From: Protoeuglena noctilucae
Lineage: Eukaryota
DNA: 64,000 nucleotides
Direction of reading: 5' to 3'
Assembly: GCA_958009085.1 (NCBI GenBank)
Contig: OY253668.1
Span: 1,922,001-1,986,000 of the forward strand
Positions 12,001 to 24,985 of the stretch are shown here, in pieces; the stretch's first letter is position 1, and each line of letters opens with the position of its first letter. The notes beneath the pieces were generated by a model, which saw only the letters and a program-made list of their open reading frames with translations, ran no database searches and had not been told where the DNA came from. The position numbers and the translations under genes were made by a program.

Positions 12001-15000
12001 CACCCGCGCCGTCGCCGTCGTTCGCACCCCTGCCCCCGCCCAGCCTAGGTCGATACTCCTTGGCAGCGAGGGTCCACATCTCCAGGAATCCGTACAGCCA
12101 CGTGAGACATTCCTGGTAGAAGCGGTGAAGGAACACGACATCCACGGCCCGAACGTTGACCGATAGCGAGTAGTGCTGCCGGCCCTGGGGCACGCGGCCG
12201 CGATGGGAGGCGTCCCATGGCTGGTGGATTTTGAACGACACGGAGGCGAGGGGCGCGCCGGGGGACCCGGGCGGGCTCTGCTGCCCCTGCGTCAGGCCCT
12301 GACTCAGGGCCACGACCTGACGGCAGGGGTGGCCCTCGGGCAGGGCGCAGTCCTCAGCCACCACGTCCGCCACCGTCACGGTCGTGTCCAGCGACGTGTA
12401 TCTGTGGGAATGAAAGAGAGAGTGCAAAGTGAGGTCAGAGCTGCTTGTCGTGGCGAAGACGACGAGGGCCGACAGTCACGACAGCGTATGTGTGCATGCC
12501 ATCCAGGTACACAGCCATGCATGCCATGCAACATGCAACATTGCCAGCCTCGCCTGAGGTCAGCCGAGACCGTCCATCCCTGCACCGTCATGACCGCCAG
12601 CGGCCTTGCGCCTGGACCCTCGTGCCGCACGCACAGCGACCCCTCGTGCACACGCACGTCCGTCCGCACCGCGCTGCGCCGCACCATCCACGCCGGCAGC
12701 TCCTCCGCCCGCGACCCGAATCCCTCTCCCTGCCCCGCACCCTCTGCACCCTCTGCCCCTGCCTGGGGCGACCCAGGTGACCCCGGCATCCCTGCCACCC
12801 CATCGTCATCCCCACCTCCTGACCCCCTCGTCGCCTCCGCACCCTCCTCGGGCGGCGCAGCCTCCATCCCCGCAAACAGCGCGTCCAGATTCGCCGTCAG
12901 CGACGCCAGCCCCGCCGCCAGCAGCGGCCGGTGCACGTCAACCGTCACCCCCCACAAATCCACCTCCACCGTCCCCTCCTTGTCGTCAAACATCGGGTGC
13001 GATGGGTCCAATGCCTCGTACACCACACGCAGCACCTCGGGACCCCCGCTCTCCGCGTTATCCCCGCTGCCCTGACCCACCGCCCACCCCGACGGCGGCA
13101 GGGGAGGCGGGGGTACATCGTCCGGTTCCTCGACGACTGGCGAAGCAGCCGAGTCGCTACTGTGGCCTCGCCCGGATTTTTCTGCACCCTTGGCCTTGCG
13201 CGGGGGTGGCGTGGCAGATGGGGGGTTCTCCAGAGCATCGTGAAACTCGTCAGTGTCCTCTGAAGGGTCAGCGGGCGTTGATTGGCCCTGCTGGGCCGGG
13301 GTAGCGTCGGGGGCGAGGTGGGGCGGGGGCGTGGCGGTGACAGGGGGGGTTGTGGGGTGGGGGGCCTCGAGAGCTGAGGCTGGTGGCGCGGTGGGGCGGT
13401 GCGCGGAGTCGGTGGCGGGGGCGCGGATGACGCGATGGCGAAGGCGAGCGAATAGGGCGGCCAGGAGAGCCTGCGAGCGAGGGGAGGAGAGATAGCGTTA
13501 GTTGAGATGAAAGAGGTGTGCAAGAGAGACGCCGCTTGGATGACGCCAAGTGATGACACAGCGTATCAAGCGTTGCGACCAGTCACACACTTAGTACAAA
13601 CTATAAGTACTCTTCATGTCCCGCTCCCTTTATTCACCTGTGTGGCGGTGGCCCGTTCGTCCGCAGCCCTGGCACGCTCCGGCATGTCCCTTTGGAAGGC
13701 GTCCAACTCCGCCACGCCACGCGATGCCAATGCCAATCGAGTCTCCGCCTGCCCCGACCGCCCCGCCACCAAATCCTCCACCCACGCCTGCCCAACGCGA
13801 GCCTCGACGCGCAGGCTGCGTGCGCCCACGCGCAGCGCCCCGGCCACCCCCACCGCCGTCATCGCCAGCACCCCGCTCTCGCCCGCTACTCCCTCCCCGT
13901 CGCCCTCCGCCACCCCCGCAGCCCCGGCGGACGCACGCACGCACTCCTCGATCACCGCGCAGCGCACCACGCCCCTCGGGCCCCGCACGCTCGCCCGGCA
14001 AGCCCCCATCCTTGCCGTCACCTCCACGATTGGCGCATCACCCGCACCTGCACCCAGGGCCCCTTTCGCCACGCCCGGCGTGCCCGGGGTCCCAGGCCAC
14101 GCTCCGCTCGACACCCGGCCCTCCCTGGGCGTGGCCAGCGCCTCGAAATCCGCCCGGCCCTCCAGCGTAGTCGCGACGTCCGCCATCGACCGCCTCGACT
14201 CAATCAGCGCTGCCGCCCACTTCCCCAGCGCCGCCTCCGTCGGCGCCTGCAACACGAGCGCGTCGCGGCTGGCGATGCAGTGCGAGGGCGGCACCGAGGC
14301 GTCGTGGATGGCTAGCAGGTTGCGCTGCCCGGCGGACGCGGCGGGTGCCAGGCGCGTGACCCGGACGTTCCGGCCCAGGAACACCGCGCGAGAGTAGGTG
14401 GGGGAGGCGAGAGAGGGGAGGATGTAGAGGGTGGAACCCTTCAGAACCGCCACGGAGGGCTGCGGGGGCAGAGGTGTGAGAGAAGTGAGCAAGGGACAGC
14501 GCGATGTGGACAGTGACAGTCAACCCCACGCCCTGCTCCTCAATACACCTCTTCTGCACCCCACCAATGCTAACCCACTTTCTAGCACCCACCCCTGCAC
14601 TCACCTCCCACCGCGTGACCCCCGTCCGGTACCCCGCCCTCTGCAGCACACGCAGGGGCCCGGACAGCGTCGTCTGCTCGAGCCACCTCGGCCGCGTCGT
14701 CGCAGTCGTCATGTCCGTGACCACCCGCATGACCCCCTCAATCGCCCCTGGCCCCGCGTGCACCGTCAGCGCAGGCGCCTCGACGTGCAGCTTCACCGCA
14801 GCCAGGCCCTCCGCTGGGGCAGGCGACACCCCCACCGCCGCGTGCATCCCGAAGTCCTCCAGCACCGTCGTCAGCTGGGGCAACCCATGGGATCCCTTGT
14901 CCTCCAGGTCTCCCGATCGAATCCCGCTGCCGAGCCCAAACGGAGCCCCCACGTCGCGCCACGAAAAGCGCCCGTCTGCCGGGAGGTCGGTGACGTGCAG

Positions 15001-18000
15001 GGACGTGTCGCTGCTCGCAAAGGTGAAGAGCTCGTAGGAGGGGCGGGCACGGGCGGGGAGGTTGAGTGGGGCTGCGGCGTCGGAGTCCGAGACGAGCTGA
15101 AAGCGACCCAGGTTGACCTGAGAGGGTGGGGGTGTGGGTGGCAGTGAGGGTGGCAGTGAGGGTGGCGGTGGGGGTGGCAGTGGGGTGGCAGTGGGGGTGG
15201 CAGTGGGGTGGCAGTGGGGGTGGCAGTGAGGGTGGCAGTGGGGTGGCAGTGGGGGTGGTAGTGGGGGTGGCAGTGAGGGTGGCAGTGAGGGTGGCAGTGG
15301 GGGTGAGAACAAAGGGTGTCGCAGCAACACTGAGCCCCTCACCAGCACGGCTGGCACGCGGTCGGCCCCGGGCCTCGGGGTGGCGATCAGGGCGACGCGT
15401 GGGGCGGCCCAGTCGAGGCAAACGCGCAGCCGAGGCCTCTCCTCCAACCCCGCGGCTTTCAGAGAAGCCAGCGCCGCGTCTCTCGCGGACTGGTACGTGG
15501 CCGTCGCTTGCTCCGTCAGGGGCGACTGATCCACCTCCTCGTCCACACTGCGAGAATGCAAGAGGGTTGAATGCTATGATTGCAAGCGAATGACTGCAAG
15601 CACTGCAGAAAGCATGTGACCAGACATCACATCGTCAGCACTGCTAGCGTCGCGATCGCATCAACCAATGCGCCACCACACTTGACCATCGCTCATCGCC
15701 CAGGGGTGGTGCATGTCTCCATCACTGCCCCACTGCACTGTCCCACTCGCCTGAAGAACGCCAACACTTCGTCCATGGTCCTCCGATCGAGGGCCACAAA
15801 GGAAGGCGCCACCGTCACGCCGACCTCGTACACCGCAACCCCCGTCCCCTCCTCCGTGCTCGCCGCCAGCACCAACTCCGCCAGCGCCGGGCCCTCCAGC
15901 AGCGCCTCGGGCGCAGGCCTGCCCTTGTGTCCGTCACCACCACCCGCCTCCTTCCCTCGTGGCCCGCCCTTACCCCCGGCGACCTTGCTGCCGCCGTTCT
16001 TGCCTCCCGCGCTCTTGGCCCCCGCTCCCTTGCCACCCGCGTCCTTTGCCGCATCCTTTGCCGGTTCCTTTGCCCCAGCGTCTTTGACACCGGCGTGCAC
16101 CGCTTCCTTGCCACCTATGTCCTTCCCACTCGCTCCCTTCCCACTCGTGTCTTTCCCAGCTACTTCCATGCCACTCGCACCCTCGGGTGCCGGGGCAGGT
16201 AGCGCAGCGGGCGCCTGCTTCTCGCTGCCGTGGATAATGACACCCCGTGGACCCACCAGGCTGAAATCCACCAGGCGCACCAACCCCTGCTGCCTCTCTG
16301 CAAGGAACAAGGAGAAAGGGGCGAGTTAGACATCAGTCATCATGATCGTACGTATCACTAGCAAATGCGGTTTGGATCGAAATGGCTGACGACGGAGAGA
16401 GCAAGCGTTCGGCAAGGCCACCCTCTCGTAATTGGGGCACACGCACGCCCTGCAGAAAAACCCCCACACACATCCGCGTCTCCCACTCACCGGGGAACAC
16501 GCACGCCCGGCAGAAGAACCCCGAAGCGCGCGACTGTGCCAGCTCCGCCCCATTGCGACCGGACAGCGACACGGCCGCCTCCGCCACCGCCGCGTCCACC
16601 CGCACGACCATCTTGCCCCGATCAGCCCACGCGGCCTTCTGCGCCTCCTCGTGCTGCCTCACCAGGTCCTGCAGGGCCCCCACCTCCCGGTCGCTGAGCT
16701 CGGGGGCGTCGGAGGGGCGCGCGGCGGTGTTGGCCGGGACCCAGGAGCTGCGGGGTGGGTGAGGGGGGTGAGAGGGGTGAGAGAGATGGGAGGCAAAAGG
16801 ACGTGACCAGTGGAGACCTCGCTGTTGATGTGTGCATGTAACGATGGCAGCGACTGGGTGTGCACTCCACTATTGCCCGCCACGCTCACCCCATCCACGA
16901 CTGCTACCCACCCACAGCCGTGCTCACCCCAGCCACCCCATCCACGACTGCCGCGCCTGCGCTTCCTGCTCCTTCTTCATCCTTCCCCTCCGCGCCTGCT
17001 CCCCCATCCACCGCGCCTGCGCCAGTTTCCGGAACAGCAGCGCCACCCCTTCCTCCAGCTCAGCATCCATCCGACGGATCTCCACGTCCTCGCGAGGGTC
17101 GCCCCCGCGCTCCAGAGCCTCGAAATACTGCTGGACGTACAGACGCCTGTGGGAGGGAGGGGCGGGGGTGGCCTTGTAGGGGTGTTGGGGTGCGTTGCGG
17201 TGCAGGGGTGGCAAGAGGTGAGGAGAGATGAAGACAGGGTGGTAGAGGTAGTGCGCAGAGCTAAGCCAAAGTGTGCACGAGCAGCCCTCTTCCTGTGCCT
17301 CTGCCACGTGCGCTGCCACCGCAGCCGCAGCCTCGGCCCCACCTGCACACGACGGCCTTCTGCATAGCTTCCCAGGAAATGCGCGTCCCCAAACGCCGCT
17401 TGAGAGCCACCTGCGCCGCGTACCGCCACCACTGCCGGGCTGCCCCTGGCTCGGCCCCGGGCCGCGCCGAAGGGCGCAGCTGGGCGTGGGGCAGTCGCCG
17501 CTGGTACATGGAGACGGCGTCGGCGATGCGCGTCAGAGCCGCGAAGTGCGCGGCGCCCAGGCGGAGGCGCAGGGAATCCACGGAAAGCGAGGCCTGGGGA
17601 AGAGAGGAGCAAGCGCGGTGTCAGCGAGGGTGCCCATGTGTGTCAGGGGTGGAGCTGAAAGGGGTGGTGTTAAGGGGAGCTCAGGGGTTCGTCAGAAGTC
17701 GGGAGCAGTGAACATAGATTGCTGAGGGTGCCGATGGCATGCTAGCAGCCAACAGCGAACGCCCGCCATGCCACAATTGCCCCTGTTTGCTCGCCTCATG
17801 GAGGGCGTCCCCCGCCAGCACCCGTTCCTGGCTGCCGCGTCGCAGGTAGAGCAGCGTCAGAGTCAGCGGCTCCAGCAGGTGGCTCTTGGGCACCGTTCCT
17901 GGCTCTTTGTGCACGGGGCCATCCGTCTGAGACCCCGCACGGCACACGATGCCGGGCAGGAACCACCGATCCCAGTCGTCGCTGAAAACACACAGACACA

Positions 18001-19358
18001 CGATCGAATGAAATGCGATACACCAATACATGGTCTGGTTGGCAGCGAGTGGGTGCGCGGCAGACGTGAGGTGGGTCGCAATGCGTGCCTTCGCTCAGCA
18101 AGCGCTCTCAAAAGCGCCCCAGCGATGAGCAACTGCTTACCACCTCCTCCTCTCACCGGTTCATCTCCTTCCAAAGCTTCTTGGGCCGCCACTGCGCCTG
18201 GGGGCCCCCGTCGAGGTCGCAGTAGACAGCCAGTCGGTCCAAGGACACCATCTTGCGCATGCGGCCGGACGGGTCCGCGGCAGCGAACACGGGCGTCCCC
18301 GCCTCGTCCACCGTCACGGCCTTGAGGCCCCGCAACGTGAGGCCCAGCGCCACCGTGTGGCCCTGCAGGCTGCGGGTGTCCTCGTATCGCACGTGCAGGT
18401 GGGTCACCACCACCTGGATGTTGGAGAGCACTGCGGGGGAGACCAGGACGTCGCTCGGTTGGGAGGGATGCCGCATGCTGGGACGAAGGGAGCCCGCATG
18501 TGAGTACCACGCACGCACCCGTCTGCAGCAGCGCCGACCAGTAGCCCGGCTCCTCGCTCTTGCCCTGCTCCGCCTTGAACACCTGCTGCGCCTGCTCCTT
18601 CATCGCGCGCACAAACGCATCCTCCGCCTCCGCGATGCGCCGGAGCTTCTGCGGGTGAGGCGAGAAAGGCTGCCCTGGGTTGTGCGCCCTATGCAGCCAG
18701 CGTGCCTCGTCGGCCGGGCCTCGCGCATGGCCGGTAGGGCGGACGTCACCTCAGCGAGCAAGTCCTGAGCCGTGGTTGCATGGCTGCGGGGAGAATCGTC
18801 CCTCTCGCGGCAAAGAACGTAGACGCGGTCGAATTCCACCACCACGGGCTCCTTCCCGAGGGACATGTACGGGACGCGAAGCGTCAACTTGCCCAGGCGC
18901 CCCTCATCGATGGAAATCGGGAGCTCCAAGTCCTGCGGATATCGTTCCGGCGCGGGGGAGCGCCCTCGGCTGTGCGGACCCCCATGCCTCCTCGGCCGCG
19001 CGCGCGAGCCTCGCGAACGCGGGAAAAAGGGCCATCGCGCACCTTCAAAGCATCAGGATTCAGCTGCAGGTCCGTGAGCTCCACGTTTCCGCTGAATAGG
19101 CCCAGCCTGAGCTTGTCCTGCGGGCGGGGTTGCTACACCGTCGGGGCGCGGGACGGACCAGCGGTCCGGGACGCCAACGTTCGCGTCTCCCTTGATCTTC
19201 ATGATGAAACGGATCCGCGTGCACGCAATGCCTTCATACTCCTCCATCGCGCAAGGACACCGCTTCCCCCATGCCTGCGATCCGCGCACCTTGTCCAGCC
19301 CGCGGACGTACTTCCCCAAATAGAGGTTGAGGTAGTAGCTCGCGTATCTCTCCAACAT
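1..19358 (-). CDS. VPS13: VPS13 bridge-like lipid transfer protein, plant VPS13M-type (multi-exon; 3' end beyond window start)
   Basis: Chorein-N start MLERYASYYLNLYLGKYVRGLDK and LPISIDEGRLGKLTLRVPY; WWRYA motif (~17420); PH-like segment (~14200-14460); four Vps62/DUF946-like repeats (FWRPQPPSGYCALGD, LWAPQPPPGYCALGC, LWRPVVPHGFGAVGD, VWAPDAPPGYLAVGC); EWEPVVERW; DysF motifs (ENQRF, GWRWEGPW, DGWAY, RRRWVR); VAB-like repeats. Exons are bounded by GT/GC-AG sites. Confidence 0.93.
3126..3325. other. Assembly gap (200 N) inside VPS13 coding region
   Basis: Run of exactly 200 N. Confidence 1.
15137..15304 (+). repeat. Intronic minisatellite, ~12-nt unit GTGGCAGTG(A/G)GG
   Basis: Directly visible tandem array with some 11-nt variants, filling most of a VPS13 intron. 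Confidence 0.9.
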
Positions 19359-19626
19359 CTCGTTCCCGCCCTCCTGTCCCTACCCGGCCCTCGCCGCTTC
19401 GACGAGGGCGCGGTTCTAGCTGCGCCCCTCGCCCCTGCCCATGCAAGTCGAGTTCAAATGCAGCTTTGCGACAACGGAACGCGGGAACCCAAAGATGTCT
19501 CAAAAACGGCTCCGCGCACGCACTGGTGTGGCAAAGCACACCAGGGCTTGCCGGGTCGCGTGCCCTCGCCAGAGAGGTCGGCGTCAGTGAATGCTTCGAC
19601 TGACCCCAGCCGATCCCCCAGCTGCT

Positions 19627-21341
19627 CTAGTCACACACCGCCTGGCACCGTGCTGCCACCATGCCCTGCATCTGCTCAGCCAGCGTCTGCCAGGTCGCTG
19701 TCGCGATCTGCGCCCCCGCCACGCTCACGGCCTCCCGCCCCACCATGCAACCCGCCACGGCGCACTGCTGAAGGGAGCCTCCCCGGAGAAGCACGGACAG
19801 AAACCCCGCGCAGAATCCGTCCCCAGCACCCACCGTGTCGACCACGGGCACGTGGCACGCTGGGGACAAACCCCAGGACCCGTCTGCGCAAAAGGCGATG
19901 CTGGGTGGGTCCCAGAGGTCCCAGACATATGGGACTAAGTGAAGAGAGCCAAGTAAAGCCGTTAATCTCATTTTGCGAGGATCAGCCATGCATCTGCGCG
20001 CGTCCCACCTGTGCCACGCGCCACGCACCCCCGCCTCCCGAGAGACACCACACACACGCGCACGCCACCCGTGGCCAGGACGGCCTCCATGGCCTCCCGC
20101 ACCGCCCATCCCTCCCAGGGCTGCTCGCCCGTCGACGCCGCGTCCTCCTCCTCCTCCCCTGTCACCTCGCCCGAGCCAGGCACGGTCCCGGCGCTGTCGT
20201 CGCCCTCGGTACCCAGAGAGTCGCGCGGCGCCACCGCCACCCGCTCTCCCGCGCACGCCCGCGTCGAGGTGGCCGACAGGCTGTCCACCTGCACGTGAGA
20301 CTCGACCCCCTCTGCAGGACGGGACTCTGCGGGACGACCTCGCATGTGACCCCACGGCCCGCCCGGCTCGAGGACGTCCCTCAGTGCCCGCGCCTCGTCC
20401 TCATTGGCGAACACCACGTCGACGAGTCCCCCTCCCAGCGCCTCCCCCAGGGCGCCCACGCACGTGCGCACGACCTCAAACGACGCAAGATCAATGCTCG
20501 TCGTCAAGCCGCGAGCCTTGGCCTCCCGCAGAGCACCGAGCAACAGCGCCGGCCGGTACAACGCGTAGCCCTCTGCGACAGAAAGGTCCTGGCTTGCTGG
20601 AGTGTCACAGGGTGACACAGTAAACAAGAAGGCGCTCGCTCACCGACGTGGAGGTGCGTGGCGTCGTGGCCCAGCCATCTGGTGGGGAGGTGGTCCAGGC
20701 TCGTGAGCCCCCCCGCAGCCCCCAGGCACGTGCGCATCGTGCGCTGCCCGTCCGGCGTCACCAGACACCCGCACCGGGCGGTCGGCAGCGAGGGGTCCGG
20801 GCACACAGCCAGCGCGACATCCACGCCCTGCTCTTGCAGGCGGTCGCGGAAGCGCCAACCGCTGTCGTCGTTACCCACAGCGCCGCAGAAGCGCACCCCA
20901 CCGCCAAGGAGCTGCGCGAGCCCCCGGGCGACGTTTGCCGCCGAACCGCCCACGTACTCGTGGCTACTTGCGGCCGACAGCGCCAGCACCGGACGCAGGG
21001 CCGCAGGGTCCAGGGTCGCGCATCCCCCCGGGGCCATACCCAGCCGCGCCAGGTCCCCCGGCGTGACGCGCGCGATCACGTCCAGCACGGGGTCCCCGAG
21101 GCAGGTCACGGACGGGCGCCGAGGCCATGGGCGGTCCTGCGCGGGCCGGGGAGCGCACGGGCTGCGAAGGCCACCGAGGCAGCGAGATGGAGGACCGAAA
21201 AATCCTCGAGAACACGCTCGCGGCTCCACAGGGGTTGCACTTGCCGCATCGCACGGCATCGGCGCCCTCAGCACATCCCACCCCTTGCGCCCCCCGATCC
21301 GCGCGTCGTCTCTTGGGCAAGGGCCGACAGGGCCATCGCAT
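19627..21341 (-). CDS. PfkB/ribokinase-family carbohydrate or nucleoside kinase
   Basis: GDPVLD, GGSAANVARGLA, GAVGNDDSG, LVTPDGQRTMRTCLG, DLASFEVVR, FANEDEA and PfkB signature DTVGAGDGFCAGFL. Start codon uncertain. Confidence 0.9.
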
Positions 21342-21857
21342 TGTCTTCCACAAAGACTTCGCAAAGCATCCGAACAGGCTCAAATCCCCCTTGTCGCGTG
21401 CGCGGCAACGCGGGGAGCTCGTGAGCTCACCACGCTGGGGACCGCGAGCGCGGGGGCGGTCCCGAAGCCTGGCCGCGCCACTTTCGGGAAGTCACTGTTG
21501 TAACGCGCCGAGTCGGCCGGGTCGATTGTCGATTTGTTCCTGCAGGAAGGACTTCTTGTGGACAATGCAGCTTGCGTTGAACCAATCACGAAGTTTATCC
21601 TTTCGACGGACAATCTGAGATGACGCAGGCATGTCTGAGCGGTGCGTGTGGGGGAGCGCCCCCAGTTCTCTGACGGGCAGCCGGGCACGTGAAACCGGGC
21701 GGTTTCGCTCTAAGTGGAGCTAAACGACGCTTGATTGCTTCCTGTGATCAATTTGATCCCCCAACTCATGCAGCCGCTTCGCTAGAACGCGGAGGCTGCG
21801 CGGTCAACTATGGGCCGGCTTTGGCCGGGTCACGCGACGGGCCCGGCAACTCGAGCC

Positions 21858-24686
21858 ATGCTGGGCGCGTACGTTCTCGCGTCAGCAGCGCAGGCAGCTC
21901 AGGGTGAGCGCGCGGTCCGTAGGGAGGCTGGAAACGTGCGGCTTTGCTTCGGCTTGACCGGCCCACCCCCGTCGCTCGCAGGGGGCCAAGAATGCAACCG
22001 ATGGATCATGAAAGTCATGGGGGATTGTGTGAGCACGCCGAGGCAATACGTCGCCTTCGCTTGTGGCCTGGGTGAGCCACTCGGGGCACTCGTCGCAATG
22101 GGAGGCCTCGCCTCCTCTGAACAGTCGGCAGACATCTCATAGCTCTCCACACCGCGAATCCTTCGCACTTAAAGACCGCTCTGCGCCGTTCCCTCCCGAC
22201 ACTCCTCCCCGCATAGTAGCACGACGGTCCGTTGCTCCTACCCGCAGCGTCGATGACGAGCTGGAGCTTCGCTGAGCTTCCCCAGATCTACGCCAACTTC
22301 CAGAACGGGTCGTCGGAAGCCATGTCGTACGGCTTCATCCTGTCGTGGATCGCCGGCGACGTGATGAGCGTGTACGGGCTGCACCTCATCGGTGCCACGA
22401 CCTTGCAGATGGGAGTGGCCGTCATGTACTTGTCTGTGACGCTTATCCTCTTCTTCCAGCATATCTGGTATAACGAGCTTAAGGGACGGTGGTTGCGACG
22501 CCAAGCCGCCAAGGCCGCAGGTGCGGACGGCGTCGCTGCCACGGCCTCCGACCTCGAGGCGCCCCTCCTGGCGGCCCCGAGCATCCCGGCGCGCAAGGCG
22601 GCGGCGGCGGCGGCGGCCGACGACGAGCAGCTGGCGCCCGCGTCCTTCTCGGACCAGTGGGCTCCCCGGAAGGGCGGGTCCGCCGAGCCCAGCCCACCCG
22701 CCCCCTGGGGCGCCGCGCAGCCGGGGCTGCTCGCGATGGCCATGGCCGAGCAGGGCGCGGCGGGGCAGACGCCCGTGGCCGTCCCCTCGCAGGACTCGGC
22801 CGGCCGCCCCACTGCCCCGGCGCTGCAGGTGGTGGTGGGGAGCTGGGACCCCCGGTCGTTGGGGGGGCGCCGCGGAGGCCTGACCTCCCCCATGCACGGC
22901 GAGGGGTGGGAGTCGGGCGTCGTCGAGACCCCCGGGGGTGCGCCGTGGGTGGCGGACGAGGACTGGAGCCCCGAAGGCACCCCGCGCATCAGGGTGGGGC
23001 CGGGGCGGTCGGTGCCCCTGCCGCACGACGGCTCGCTGTCGCGCGGGCGCCCGCCCCTGCCGCCTTCCGCGGCCGCGATGGCCGGGTCGCTGCGGCACTC
23101 ACGCGGGGTGGGGCTGGACGCGTCGCACCCCCCGGCTGGCACGTCCCCTGCGCGTGTCACGGTGCTCATGCGGCAGGAGTCGGTGCGCAAGCTCCCCGCC
23201 GTCTTCCAGGTCGACGCCGAGTCCGTCGACCGCATTCGCGAGGCCGTGATGCAGGGGCGGGCTGCTGAGGCCCCGCCCACACCCGCGGCACCAGCCGAGC
23301 CGCACGGCATCCCGATGGCACGGGCGGCGGCGGTGGAGGTCGAGGTGCGGGTTGGTGGGAAGGGGACCTGCGCTGCGGCAAACCCCGCAGTCTGCACTGT
23401 TGGCGGATGGTGCCTGTGCTGCGGCGAAAATCCACGGACTCTCTGCAGCATTTGCCGAGACCCCACGTCGTTGCGTCATCCGCAGGCCCACGTCTCGGCT
23501 CGGTCCTTCTCCCTCCGCTCCTTCCGCATGCCCAGCTCGCTGCCCACGGTGCGCTTCACGATGCGGCACGCGCCGGGGGACAGCTCGCACCCCTCGCGAC
23601 CCAGCACCCAGGGCGGGCCGTCCTCGCACCCGCCCACGGTCCCGGAGGAGGGGAGTGGGGCGCAGGAGACGCGATCGCACGAGGGGGACGGGACGGGGCG
23701 CGGGGGCGGGGGAGCGGGGCGCGGTGGGGCACGGAAGGGGCGCGGGGGCGGGCCTGGGCCGGTGGTGGGGTCGGAGGGGGCGACGGTGCTGGGTGTCTTG
23801 GGCGTGGCGGGCGTGGCGTGCGTGGGCCTGGTGGCTGTGGGGGCGGGCGGGGCGTCTGGCGCGCCTTCGCGGCGTCTGGCGGCGGCGGGGCTGTCGCAGT
23901 GGATGTCACGGGAAGCGCTGGGGGAGCTCATGGGCTGGATCATGACGTGCATCTACCTGTCCAGCCGCGTGCCCCAGATCCTGCGCAACATCCAGCGCGG
24001 CACCGTCGAGGGCCTCTCGCTGGGAATGTTCAGCCTGGCGATCGTGGGCAACGCCACGTATGCGGCGCAGATTCTCGTGCGGGACTCGTCGTGGGATGCC
24101 ATCCGTCACAACCTCCCCTGGATCACGGACTGCTTCGTGTGCCTGGCTCTGGACTTCGTCATCCTGGGCCAGTTCCTTGTTTACGCCTTAGAGAAGCCCA
24201 GCGACGGGGCCAAGGGCGCCGCAGAAGAGGTGAGGTTGCGGGTGGGAGACAGCTGGGCGCGGTGTGCGACACGCGAAGCTGGCCGCGGTGCAGCACGGTG
24301 CAGCACAGTGCAGCGTGACGTGTATGCTGGCACCCCGCCCGCAGGCATTAGACGCGGCGCTCAATGGCACTGTCCACACGCACACCACACGCCGCACGTC
24401 CCTGGCGGGGTCGCACGTGGATGGCGCCGACAGCGCAGGGCCGCGCGCGGCAGCGGACGCGCACGCGGGGGATGGGCACGTGCCCGTGGAGCTGTCGCTG
24501 GCTCACGACGCGCGGGCGACCGGCCGTGGCGTCGGCATCCCCGCCGTCCTCCGCCGGCCCTGGAGTTTCCAAGGCTCAACGCCCCGGTTTGGATCTCTGG
24601 GCTCGTCGCAATGGGGCGGGGCCGACGATGGCGGCCCGGCCGCCAACAGTTACCGCCACAGCAGCATGGTGTACTGGCGTTCCTGA
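21858..24686 (+). CDS. PQ-loop repeat membrane protein (YPQ/PQLC2-like vacuolar amino acid transporter)
   Basis: Two PQ repeats: SWSFAELPQIYANFQNGSSEAMS and YLSSRVPQILRNIQRGTVEGLS, each followed by TM helices. Plant-like N-terminal exon CNRWIMKVMGDCV. Confidence 0.9.
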
Positions 24687-24985
24687 GTCGTCCGGACTGA
24701 CCCCCGCTGGCATGTTTCATGCATCCTAGGCACCCATCCCTCGGTCGGTGTGCCCGTCGCACGTCACCACGCCTGTCCCTTTCAAACGCCCGCGCTGGGC
24801 TTGAACGCCACGCGCGCATACGCGCACAGAACGGCAACGAAGCGAACGCTCGATCGTCTGGGCACGGCAAACCCTGCGCATCTCATCTAATCGACTCCCA
24901 TCTCATCTGATCAACCCCTGGTGCCCAGGTGTTTGCTTGAAGTGCGGTGAGTCAGTCAGTGCCACCAGGCGTCCATCCCGGCGCG

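Noticed and set aside
15137..15304. Interstitial telomeric repeat
   Set aside because: The unit GTGGCAGTG(A/G)GG does not match T(n)AGGG-type telomeres.
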